The notes under the pieces: model-generated
What the model was told of the DNA's origin: nothing
What the model saw: the letters and a program-made list of their open reading frames with translations, nothing else
Database searches by the model: none
Made by a program: the position numbers and the translations under genes
Origin: Bdellovibrionota bacterium
Lineage (GTDB): Bacteria; Bdellovibrionota_C; UBA2361; OMII01
Length of the DNA stretch: 16,264 nt
Assembly: GCA_044356215.1 (NCBI GenBank)
Contig: JBIKWQ010000076.1
Location: forward strand, 1 to 16,264
Direction: 5' to 3'
In this document: positions 1-9,086 of the stretch, one piece after another
Position numbering within the stretch: position 1 is the first letter of the stretch
Layout of the letters: every line of letters begins with the position of its first letter

Positions 1-748
1 TCATTGAGTGGTACTCCTTATTTAAGGTTAGTTTCTGTATTGATAACAAGCTATTAGCCTATTATCGATTACCACTCAATCTCTTAATTTCAACGGGAAT
101 TAGGACATCCTCGTTGCTGGCACTATTCCGATTATTTTAGCTTATAGCGCCTATACGACTCATCTCATTCACCTGCAGAGAGAGCGGTCGCCACACTGGC
201 ACCACGAAAAAGCCATTAACGAAATTAGCTCCATTCTATGGATTGGTAAGCGATGCTGGCCAACACCGCTAGCATTAAGTGCAATACCACCACTCTCAGA
301 TTCTTTTAGATCAGACTTTATAAATACATCTCTATTTATTGACCCACCTAATTAAGCCAGCACGCTCTGGGCAATAAACTTAGCGCTACGCTCACCTGCT
401 ATTAAACTTATTATTGCCACCTGTCCATCAATCTCACGCACTACGACTCAAAGACTAGAATTATCCGCACAAAAAAGTGGTGCTACAGCTATTTTACTCC
501 GCTCCCCTAAAGATATGACACTACCGAGCCGTGCTACTACTAGATGGGAAATAGCTCCTACGATCTCATCTAACGACAACCCATCCTGGAAAATCACACT
601 GATGAAGCTACGCGGCGGCTCTTTGCCTGAGCTATCTTGGATTATATGCGTTAATGAAACTAATCCTATTAGCACGTTGCTTAATACTCCAGCTACTACA
701 GATGCTTCCGTCAATATATCTGCAAATAGATCCGTAGCTTGCGGCTAA
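1..748 (+). pseudogene. imuA: ImuA-like (RecA/SulA-related) mutagenesis protein, disrupted; 5' end unclear or outside the window
   Basis: Frame 2 reads ...ILWIGKRCWPTP...SLFIDPPN*ASTLWAINLALRSPAIKLIIA...TTTQRLELSAQKSGATAILLR...SRATTRWEI, resembling ImuA motifs (LWA.e.ALR, RRLQLAA, SAA.TRW). In-frame stops at 101-103 (TAG) and 353-355 (TAA). Lies directly upstream of an imuB-like gene. Confidence 0.75.
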
Positions 749-749
749 C

Positions 750-1849
750 ATGAATCAATTTAATTTAATCAAAAATACACAGCGATATCTAGCTATATAC
801 TTTCCTGAGTGGTCAGTTGATGTAACGCGAAGAAAACTAGCGGCCCTCACCCCCCCCTAAACCCGACGGCGATTCTTCTAACTACCAATCAGGCTAATCA
901 AACTATAGTCATACGCGGATGCCGCGCGGCTTTACAAAGCGGGGTTCGCCCTTTAATGTCTCTATCTCTGGCGCAAGCTTTTGTACCAAGCGGTAGTTTC
1001 CACGAACCTTTCGATCCCATCAGGGATCTATCTGCTTTGCGCACCCTTGCTATCTGGTGTCACCGATTTGCTCCCTACGTTGGCATTGACCACGAACTAC
1101 ACAAAGCTCAAGTTAACAACGAACTAATAGCCATCTCTCCGCAACACTACGGTATTATGCTCGATCTCACCGGGACAGAGCGCATACACCGCGATGCACT
1201 GCTTTTATCTAAAAATATCCACTCTCTTTTTAAGAATAGAGCCAGAGTTGCTATCGCTCCAACTATCGGTGGAGCCTGGGCTCTCTCTCGATTCGCTATG
1301 CGATCCCCGGTGATAGCTAAATCTATTTCTGAACTGAAAGAATGCGCCAACAACCTCCCTATTGAAGCGCTCCGAATTGATTCATCAACCTTGGCAAAAC
1401 TAAGCGACTTGGGAATTTTCACTATCGGCGAACTAATGAAACTTCCGCGCCATAGTCTAGCAGACCGCTTTGGGAAAGGTCTGGTGTTGAGGCTATCGCA
1501 ATTACTTGGAGCCACTGAGGAACGCCCTTATCTCATTACTCCCCAAGAGCGCTACATTCAAACAAAGATCTTTGAAACTCCACTCTCTCATCGTGGTGCT
1601 ATTACTATAGTTATTGAGCGTATGTTTATCGCTCTAATAGCCACTCTTAAAGATGCCAATATCGTAGCAAGATTATTTATCTTAGAGAGACACCCTGCTC
1701 GCGTGCTATATTCTCGACAGAGATCTCACCTGACTTTACTCGCTCAACTATCGCGGCTCTCTGCTCTGAGGTGTGCCTCGTCATGCCCATACCTACGTCT
1801 CCAAAAAAATAACTTGGAGACTCAAACTAGCAACTACAGCGCGGCATGA
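750..1849 (+). pseudogene. imuB: ImuB-like inactive Y-family DNA polymerase, frameshifted and apparently C-terminally truncated
   Basis: ATG 750 gives MNQF...RYLAIYFPEWSVD..., stopping at 858-860 after a C8 run (850-857). Frame 2 continues ...AALQSGVRPLMSLSLAQA...LAIWCHRFAP...GIMLDLTGTERI...VAIAPTIGGAWALSRF...LPIEALRI...LSDLGIFTIGELMKLPRHSLADRFG. Similarity seems to fade after ~1690. No dnaE2 recognised downstream. Confidence 0.85.
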
Positions 1850-2065
1850 CTACCGCGTCGCTGGATGGACGCTTACCGACAGATTGGCGCCCTCTTGTTG
1901 TTAGGTTAAGTTTATGCATGCTGAGTTTCTTCCTAGCCCTGGGCGCTGCAAATCACCAAGCAACTTTTATTGCAGAACATCCGATTACATTACCTATAGC
2001 CAACAACATGCACCCGCCTAAGTCGAAGCGGGCGCAGAAGAATTTTTTATGTTTGAAGGATACAT

Positions 2066-2509
2066 ATGAACTACTCAATCTCGACCTCGGCTCCGTTCTC
2101 GTCCATCAATTGGAATAGCTACGAGAATCGCCCGGTCATCAACGATCGGTCGCGCTTCTGTTCAGAGGCCAAACAGGATAGGCCACAGGCGAAATGTTGC
2201 ATGGATGGTTACGCAATTGAAGCCGTTCTCGATGAGATTGCCGAATCCCCTGAACGCAATTTTCTTGCCGAATACCCGTGTGTAAATGGAGTTGAACTAA
2301 GCGATCTAGCCGATCGAGCTGGTGTCGTTGACGATTCGGGAAAAAGTTCCCCAGAAACTCCGCTAGTGCCGCAGTCATGTGACCAAAAGACCATTCAAGC
2401 ACTCCAGCGTTTGATTGATGTATTACCCGTTAAATTAGGGGACCTATCAGTGGCACTGCCCGAACTGTGTAAAGCTGCCATGGGGCTGATTACAAATTTC
2501 AAGAAGTGA
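2066..2509 (+). CDS. hypothetical protein (147 aa)
   Basis: ORF with an SD-like GAAGGA 5 nt before the ATG; its stop lies 2 nt from the stop of the convergent nuclease. No recognised motif. Confidence 0.5.
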   Translation: MNYSISTSAPFSSINWNSYENRPVINDRSRFCSEAKQDRPQAKCCMDGYAIEAVLDEIAESPERNFLAEYPCVNGVELSDLADRAGVVDDSGKSSPETPLVPQSCDQKTIQALQRLIDVLPVKLGDLSVALPELCKAAMGLITNFKK

Positions 2510-2511
2510 CG

Positions 2512-2904
2512 CTAGGAGGCGAGCACGGTACCCCGCATCGGATACGCTCCCTTCACGTCAAAAACCGGGCGCTTGCCACTACCATCCCATGGAAGGCCGT
2601 ACCCTTCTTTAATGAGATATAGGGCAAGCGACTCCCCTCCTTCAAGCGTTACGTCTGCAAGCCATCGTCCAAATTTTTCGGTCTTAGCACTCGCGAGACG
2701 AATCACTGAATGGAGAGGTAAGACCTCCGCAAGCTTCTCCTTGGCTTTACTTCCCATCTCTCGCTCAAGACCAGACATCTCTGGCGCCGAGTATCCACGT
2801 ATTCGAAACCGTTGTCGGCTGATGGTGTGAAATCCTAGATCGACATCAGCATCAAAGGTATCGCCATCCACAATTCGTATGATAGTCGCTTGATATTCAT
2901 ACAT
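2512..2904 (-). CDS. thermonuclease (SNase-like) family protein
   Basis: MYEYQATIIRIVDGDTFDADVDLGF...RFRIRGYSAPEM...EKFGRWLADV...YLIKEGYG: VDGDT, R..G..APE and KFGR.LA motifs. Confidence 0.92.
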   Translation of the reverse strand: MYEYQATIIRIVDGDTFDADVDLGFHTISRQRFRIRGYSAPEMSGLEREMGSKAKEKLAEVLPLHSVIRLASAKTEKFGRWLADVTLEGGESLALYLIKEGYGLPWDGSGKRPVFDVKGAYPMRGTVLAS

Positions 2905-3035
2905 AATTAGTCACCTATTACACCTCAAGCTTACGTTACCAAAAATCCACTCGCCGGCTTGAGAGACCCTCTCCATATCTGGATAATACCGTCTACAACG
3001 GCTGCATCAACAGGATCTTCAGAATTTTACCTGCT

Positions 3036-3935
3036 ATGCCGCTTTGTATCGACTACCCTACTATGACAAGTAAAGCGCCCCTCGAAGACAGACTCCTCTT
3101 AGCGCTTCAACGAATTGCCGAGTTGAGTCAGGAAAACAACGCACTGAGAGCTCAGAACTCCGCACTAAAATTGCTGGTAGATCGAACAGCTCAGGATCCC
3201 ACGGAATCTTCGGCTACGGAACACCAAATCACAGGTGAGCAATCGCGCCCCTCATCTACCAGACACATCTCCACGCTATCAAAGGCAGAGAAGATATCGC
3301 TCTTTAGAAGCCTATTTCGAGGGCGAGAGGACACGTATCCAGTACGATGGGAGAATTCGAAGACCAGCAAGTCGGGTTATTCTCCTGCGATAGAAAACAA
3401 GTGGGAGCACCTGGAGGCAAAGCGCACTAGATCTCCCGGGATTGAGCCACGATATCTCCCCGTCACGGATGAAGTCATTCAACATCATTTAGAGGGTCGA
3501 ATTATTGCGGGAGTGTATCCCCTGTTAACTGATGAAACTTGTTGGTTTTTAGCCGTGGATTTTGATGAACGTTCTTACGAGGATGACGTTAAAAGCTTTC
3601 TTGCCACGTGTCGGGAACTTGAGATCCCCGCATACTGCGAGAGGTCTCGGTCATGTTGTGGTGCACATGTTTGGATCTTTTTCGAATCACCGGTACGTGC
3701 CTCCTTGGCCCGTCAACTTGGATTCTGCATTCTGACCAAGACCCTTGAATGCAGGCATCAAATCAAGCTGACGTCCTATGATCGCTTCTTTCCGAATCAG
3801 GATACTCTTCCCAAAGGCGGGTTTGGAAACCTCATCGCTCTGCCTCTCCAACGCGAAGCACGCTCAAAGGGTGGTTCGGTATTCCTGCACGGCGATCTCT
3901 CCCCTGTCGATGATCAGTGGGAATTCCTACGTGCA
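3036..3935 (+). pseudogene. TOTE-conflict-system-type archaeo-eukaryotic primase domain protein, truncated (usual SF2 helicase region absent)
   Basis: EKISLFRSLFRGREDTYPVRWE...SGYSPA...HLEG...GVYPLL.DETCWFLAVDFD...ERSRS..GAHVWIFF...SYDRFFPNQDTLPKGGFGNLIALPLQ...DQWEFL, then an abrupt switch to transposase sequence. Start could be 3036 or 3063. Confidence 0.82.
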
Positions 3936-4139
3936 GTGGCAAAGTATGAAGAACTTAGTGATGCGCAATGGAGCGTAGTCGAGGAGCACATTCCGCAGCG
4001 TAAGAAGCGAGCGGACGGGAAAGGACGACCCGCTCGAAGCGATCGAGAGATACTGAACGGCACAATTTGGATATTAAGAACAGGGGCCCGCTGGTGCGAT
4101 CTTCCCGAGAAATACCCTCTCTACCAACCCTGTCATCAA
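3936..4139 (+). mobile_element. IS5-family transposase N-terminal fragment (DUF4096-like)
   Basis: (V/M)AKYEELSDAQWSVVEEHIP...GRP..SDREILNGTIWILRTGARWCDLPEKYP.YQ.CH is a typical IS5/IS427-group N-terminus. No DDE domain or terminal inverted repeats seen. Confidence 0.88.
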
Positions 4140-4279
4140 CCACCTTCTTGGCTGGCGCTGCTCTTGGAGAGAAAAAGGGGGGTTAGGGCAGCGATGTCGG
4201 AGCTCCAGAAGTATTTTAGCCTAGATCCGGCAGTTTTGCGGGCACCAATCCGGCATATTCCGGCATACAATCGGGCATC

Positions 4280-5013
4280 ATGAATACTGACACCATTCGC
4301 ATCACCCCGGAATTGCTTGCCCTGCTGTCGGAACTCGACGAGTTCAAGGGAGCCTGGCGCGCCTTGGGAACGCTCGCGCCCGAAAGGCTAAAGGCGCTGC
4401 GCCAGGTCGCCACAATCGAAAGCATCGGCTCATCCACCCGCATCGAGGGAAGCAAGCTGAGCTAGTCGCGTGGCTAAATGAGGTCCGCGAGCCGCGTCGG
4501 ATTCATCCGCTCCTGATTGTCGCCGTCTTCATCGTCACGTTCCTAGAAATCCACCCCTTCCAGGACGGCAACGGCAGACTGTCGCGGGTTCTCACCACGC
4601 TCCTGCTTCTACAGGCGGGCTATGCATATGTCCCCTATTCCTCGCTTGAGAGCGTCATTGAGAACAGCAAGGAAGGCTACTATCTGGCCTTACGTCAGAC
4701 GCAAGGGACCATCCGTAGTGACGCGCCCGATTGGCAGCCCTGGCTAATGTTCTTCGCGCGCGCCCTCCAACAGCAGAAGCGCCGCCTCGCTGCGAAAGTG
4801 GAGCGCGAGAAAACCGCGCTTTCCACCCTGCCACAGCTGGCCGTGGATATTCTGGATTACGCCCGCGAGCATGGCCGCGTCACGACGCGCGACATGGTAC
4901 GCGAACGTGGCGCAAGTCCTAATACGCTGAAAGCGACCTTTTCCTCGCTCGTCGCCAAGAGCCTCTTGGCGCGCCACGGCGGAGGCCGTTCGACCTGGTA
5001 TTCTCTGCCATAG
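4280..5013 (+). pseudogene. Fic family protein with internal deletion and frameshift
   Basis: Frame 2 MNTDTIRITPELL...ESIGSSTRIEGSKLS* (stop 4463-4465); frame 1 from 4459 ELVAWL...IHPLL...EIHPFQDGNGRLSR...GGGRSTWYSLP*. Fic motif at 4552-4578. Visibly more GC-rich than its neighbours. Confidence 0.9.
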
Positions 5014-5123
5014 GAGAAAACCACGCTGCGGCACATCTACGATTCAGCCGTGACTGTTAATGCTCATGTAATCGACCCGATAGGGATCTATTACATTAGC
5101 TGGAGGCCGATACCTTTTACTGA

Positions 5124-6041
5124 CTAGCTATCCAATACTCTTTGAAGTCTCTCCAGCTCAGTCTTCCGTTTCGCGGCTGGCATCTTTCGAATGTTAGCAA
5201 GCTTCCACTGCACTCCGGGCAGTTGCTCAACTTTTGCAATCCCCAATAATTCCCACTGGGGCTCGCCGCTCTTTAGAGAGAGAAGAAAGGCTCGCTCGTT
5301 CTCGGTTAAACCTCCTCTGAGGGCAACAAGCATCACCTCCCTCACCTCTCCCAGCTCTTTCAAGGAAACATCATCAATTGTCATGCCGCGAAATTCCCTC
5401 TCGAAGGATGCTTCAAGGTTCTGCCAACGAGGATTCAGCAATTCGTTAATCGGTCTTGAATGGGATATGAGATACACAAGAAATGCTTTACGTATCTCCT
5501 CTGTAATTCCCTCATGAGCGAGAAGGAGCTTCACGTCAAAGAGGTCGCGAGGGTGCTGACGATCAAGGGCGGCACACAGCTTGCCACCGTACAAGTCCGC
5601 GACCGAAAGGGTCTGCACCTCCGAGAACAGCTCAAACTCATCTTGAGCTCGTCGGCACAATGGTAGCACTACGGCAGGATATACGGTGCCACGCAAAACG
5701 AAATTCACCTCTATTCTAATTCGAGCAGACGGTGATTCAACATTCATACTTGTCGGAGCAGCAGATCCTCGAACCGTAACAAGCTCGGCCTTGACGTTTG
5801 CCAGAGAGCTCCCTGTGCGCTGTTTGATACGAGCGAGGGCACGGCCGATCGTGTTAGAATCCGTTTCCCGATCCACCACCGGTAGAAAAGTCAGATCAAT
5901 ATCAACCGATAGCCGAGGCATATTCCTGACAAAGAGGTTAATGGCAGTTCCGCCTTTGAGCGCAAACACCTCCTCCTTGGCTACAAGAGGCAAAACCCTT
6001 AGCAGTAACTCGACCTGACCGTAAAATGGCGACCCCTTTAT
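5124..6041 (-). CDS. abiEii: AbiEii/AbiGii-family nucleotidyltransferase toxin (type IV TA); expected start position reads ATA
   Basis: FALKGGTAINLFVRNMPRLSVDIDL, IRIEVN, LYGGKLCAALDRQHPRDLFD motifs. Family-like sequence (SPFYGQVELLLRVLP) extends upstream of the tracked TTG 5993 to ATA at 6041-6039, which overlaps the antitoxin stop. Confidence 0.92.
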   Translation of the reverse strand: MKGSPFYGQVELLLRVLPLVAKEEVFALKGGTAINLFVRNMPRLSVDIDLTFLPVVDRETDSNTIGRALARIKQRTGSSLANVKAELVTVRGSAAPTSMNVESPSARIRIEVNFVLRGTVYPAVVLPLCRRAQDEFELFSEVQTLSVADLYGGKLCAALDRQHPRDLFDVKLLLAHEGITEEIRKAFLVYLISHSRPINELLNPRWQNLEASFEREFRGMTIDDVSLKELGEVREVMLVALRGGLTENERAFLLSLKSGEPQWELLGIAKVEQLPGVQWKLANIRKMPAAKRKTELERLQRVLDS

Positions 6042-6811
6042 CCCTCCCTCTCTGACAGAAACGAATCAGGTAGCGTTATCCTATACTTCTTATGGAGCTT
6101 GCCACCGCGCACAAGAGTACGAGGGCCTCGCCCGAGATCTACGCTCGTTAAATCAAGGTGACGCATCCAGGCATGCCCCGCTGCATCGGCGAGGGCAAGA
6201 AAGAGTCGTTTCGCCTTAATCGATTTACAAGCGCGTAATAGCTCGGACACCTTTTGCGGATTACTTGCTGTCAAACCTTTTACAAGTTCCCCTGCCTCAT
6301 CCACCCCAACTCTGTCAGGAACGCACGCAAGCACTTCGAACACTGCCCGTAGCTCGTTGGAAATACGAACCACAAATCCTCCCCCTCCTCCTCGATACTC
6401 GATGAGAGTTTCCGATTCCATGTCAGAAACGAGTGCTGCTGAAGTGTAATTGAGTTCGCCGCCCCAATCATGATTGGTGAACCAGCGCGGCAAGCGCTTG
6501 GGAACACCAAAGAGCCACACTCGCTGCGCACCGGGTCGTACAAAGTGGGCCCGGCCCAGCAACTCAAGAGATGACAATCCTCCAAGATGAACCGAGAGTC
6601 CCATATCGTGCTGGAGCGCGTAGAGACCTCCGAGAATGGTTGGAGTCTCACCTCTTTTTATGACAGCCCCATCCCCGAAACTCGAAAACCATCCTAACTG
6701 CTTGTACTTAGCGATGAGGGATTGGGAGAATCCTTCGGCCTTAAGAGCTGCGACGGTACGAACTGCGTTGGGCGGCCAGGTTGTGAGTAGGTTCTGTAGT
6801 TTGGTGCTCAT
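6038..6811 (-). CDS. abiEi: AbiEi-family antitoxin/transcriptional regulator (AbiEi_3-like)
   Basis: MSTKLQNLLTTWP...LKAEGFSQSLIAKYKQLGWF...VHLGGLSSLELLGRAHF...LPRWF...LLRACKSIKAKRLFL.LA...VDLGRGPR...KYRITLP, directly upstream of the toxin. ATG 6811 preferred, since the tracked TTG at 6871 is part of the predicted -35 box. Confidence 0.9.
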   Translation of the reverse strand: MSTKLQNLLTTWPPNAVRTVAALKAEGFSQSLIAKYKQLGWFSSFGDGAVIKRGETPTILGGLYALQHDMGLSVHLGGLSSLELLGRAHFVRPGAQRVWLFGVPKRLPRWFTNHDWGGELNYTSAALVSDMESETLIEYRGGGGGFVVRISNELRAVFEVLACVPDRVGVDEAGELVKGLTASNPQKVSELLRACKSIKAKRLFLALADAAGHAWMRHLDLTSVDLGRGPRTLVRGGKLHKKYRITLPDSFLSEREG

Positions 6812-6906
6812 ATAGATACCATAGGTATCGTTACAGGCACCAGAATACAGCATCGGTAGTCTGGCCGTCAATTTTATTGTTGGTATAGATACCTTTGGTA
6901 TCTATA
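6811..6906 (-). promoter_or_regulatory. putative abiE promoter flanked by two 23-bp inverted-repeat operators
   Basis: Perfect IR TATAGATACC-TTT-GGTATCTATA at 6884-6906 and a degenerate copy TATAGATACC-ATA-GGTATCGTTA at 6811-6833. Between them on the minus strand, TTGACG (6871-6866)-18 bp-TATTCT (6847-6842). Confidence 0.7.
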
Positions 6907-7061
6907 GAGAAACCCTGGTAAACTTCTGGGAAGGAGCCCCCACTCTGCAATGGTGAGGGGGGTAATCTGCCAGCCCCCTACCCTCCCACGACTTTCTTGA
7001 ACTGGTTGGCACCGTTCTTGACGCCATGCAGAAATGCACATCTTTAGACTACACCGTGACC

Positions 7062-7133
7062 TTGCGTTACTATCTCCGCTTCGCTGACGATTGCCTCTTT
7101 CTTGCCCCTAGTCGGCACGAGCTAGAGGAGCGG
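7062..7133 (+). pseudogene. reverse transcriptase catalytic-motif fragment (DGR/group II-like)
   Basis: LRYYLRFADDCLFLAPSRHELEE resembles the RT domain-5 context (k.YiRYaDDf.il....e.l). Only ~24 codons; other RT domains not found. Confidence 0.65.
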
Positions 7134-7139
7134 CATCTT

Positions 7140-7345
7140 GTCAAGGAGATACACGCCACTGCAAAATCTCTGGTGGCAGGACCCAGCCCCCGCTCAATGA
7201 CCTCGTATATACCTCGGCTAATTTTCTCAATGACACCTGCGCTCGCAAGTCGCACTACTGCCGTCCAGCTTCCTTGGCCTGCTTGAAAGTAAGCCTTCCC
7301 AATTTATACAATGAGATCGGTAGTTTAGATTGTTGGATAGTGATT
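7140..7345 (-). pseudogene. AbiEi-type antitoxin N-terminal wHTH fragment
   Basis: LYKLGRLTFKQAKEAG, then a frame change, then VVRLASAGVIEKISRGIYEV...DFAVAC, matching the L...G.IE+..RG+Y pattern. Confidence 0.6.
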
Positions 7346-7470
7346 AATACAAAGTAGCATTTTATCAGCTAAATGCAATAATATAATCTCTCAAGCGCTG
7401 TGCTCTATTCGATTCGACACCTTCGTGCTTTGGCCAGTCTCACGGGGCGATCGTGCGGGGCGCATTCCCC

Positions 7471-8628
7471 TTACCCAGCCCCCCGTTCAAGCAACACAAG
7501 GAGTTCCGTATAAACGTAGAGGCGCTCTTTGCCTTTACCGCTGAGGACTTTCACCATCCCCAGCTTATGAAGGTTTTGAAGCGCGGCTCTAGCTGTAGGG
7601 ACGCTTACGCCAAGCACCTGCGCAGCCTCTATCGCCGTGGTCATCGCTTTTTTCCGTAGTACCTCATGCGCCTGAGTCGCGCTGGCTGCGGCACGTTTAA
7701 GAGTGGTAATTTTAATCCCATCCGATGCGAAGAGCTGGGAAATCTTTTGACTGGTTGTCACGACCTGATCGGCAGTTTCCGCAACTCCGTGCAGGAAGAA
7801 ATCAAGCCATCCCTCCCAGTCCCCCTTCTGGCGTACGGCATTCAAGCGTTCGTAGTATTCTTCGCGGTTGTTTTTAAAGAACAAGCTGAGGTACAGCCAA
7901 GGCTTCTTCATATCCCCCATGACGATCAGGAAAAAGGTAATCAAGAGTCGTCCGATGCGTCCGTTTCCATCGAGGAACGGATGGATCGTTTCAAACTGGA
8001 CATGGATGAGTCCTGCATCAATCAGGGATGAATACGGTCGCTCTTCGTGGTGCAGATACTTCTCGAAATCATCAAGGCACTCCGCTAGCCGATCGGGAGG
8101 TGGTGGAACAAACCGCGCATTGCCAGGGCGAGAGCCACCAATCCAGTTTTGAGAGGTACGGAATGCGCCAGGCTGCTTATGACTCCCTCGTCCTTTGGAA
8201 AGCAATACTTCGTGCATCTCTCGAATCAATCGCAAGCTAAGAGGAAAGCCTCTCTGAATGCGCCGCAAACCATGCTCGAACGCCGCAACGTAACAGCACA
8301 CCTCTGCTACGTCATCAATAGGAACGGAAGGAGTCTCATTACTCTCATAAAGTAGCAGGTCAGATAACGACGATTGCGTACCTTCGATCTGCGAGGAGAG
8401 TACCGCCTCTTTGCGAATGTAGTAATAGAGAAACAAACTACTGTCTGGCAAAATGTCTGCAACCCCATCGAGCCTCCCGATGGCCTTTGAGGCTTTGGCA
8501 AGTAGCCTCGATAGGGGTAGGAGATTGATAGGTGGCTCTGGTGGTAGCGGCGGTGGGACGAAGGCTCGGTAGCTTTCGCTCGCAACGCTGGACTTAACGT
8601 AAGTGCCGAGTCGCTTAGTTTTGGTCAT
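7471..8628 (-). CDS. Fic family protein (class II-like, N-terminal inhibitory motif, C-terminal HTH)
   Basis: Canonical HPFLDGNGRIGR motif, EAVLSSQIEGTQ inhibitory motif, PGAFRTSQNWIGG; 385 aa and intact. Confidence 0.95.
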   Translation of the reverse strand: MTKTKRLGTYVKSSVASESYRAFVPPPLPPEPPINLLPLSRLLAKASKAIGRLDGVADILPDSSLFLYYYIRKEAVLSSQIEGTQSSLSDLLLYESNETPSVPIDDVAEVCCYVAAFEHGLRRIQRGFPLSLRLIREMHEVLLSKGRGSHKQPGAFRTSQNWIGGSRPGNARFVPPPPDRLAECLDDFEKYLHHEERPYSSLIDAGLIHVQFETIHPFLDGNGRIGRLLITFFLIVMGDMKKPWLYLSLFFKNNREEYYERLNAVRQKGDWEGWLDFFLHGVAETADQVVTTSQKISQLFASDGIKITTLKRAAASATQAHEVLRKKAMTTAIEAAQVLGVSVPTARAALQNLHKLGMVKVLSGKGKERLYVYTELLVLLERGAG

Positions 8629-8633
8629 ACGTT

Positions 8634-8660
8634 TTCTTTCTTCTTAGGTAAAAGAAAGAA
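8634..8660. promoter_or_regulatory. inverted repeat just upstream of the fic start (possible operator)
   Basis: TTCTTTCTT-9 nt-AAGAAAGAA, 5 nt from the ATG; low complexity, so weak support. Confidence 0.35.
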
Positions 8661-9086
8661 TAAGACATTATCTTTTCTTTTTCAACCTTTAAAAATCAGT
8701 CTTTTTTCAGCTATCTTTGTCGCCCAGGTCGACCGTTTAATTGATCATATCAACTAATTAGTCGACTCCAGCGCTATCGAACAGACGTTTTTCACCGACT
8801 CAGCTAGGAGAATTAATTTAAGCCCATGGCAAGGACCTGTCTGAGCTACTGGAAGTAAGCGAGCTCCCCTATCCTTGGCACCTGTGTACTAAACCCCAAA
8901 AGATTAGAGGCGGTGAACCCTGCTGGGAATACCGGTCCTTTGGCATCGACTTTCTCGCGTAGTAAGCGCGGATGAGGACGACTTGGTCCAAACAAAATCT
9001 GACGCGGCATGTGATAGGATCCTCAAATATGTATTTACAACAGCTTAGTTAGTTTAGGGAGTGGTATGTTTGGCAAATCACAGACC

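Noticed and set aside
1690..2118. dnaE2 (imuC) remnant, or a real gene at 1846-2118
   Set aside because: No convincing PHP or polymerase motif in the frames I read; insufficient support.
7026..7286. 86-aa ORF as a functional mini reverse transcriptase, retron or group II intron
   Set aside because: Only ~24 codons are RT-like; the rest is antisense to an AbiEi shard. No other RT domains, msr/msd or intron domain V recognised.
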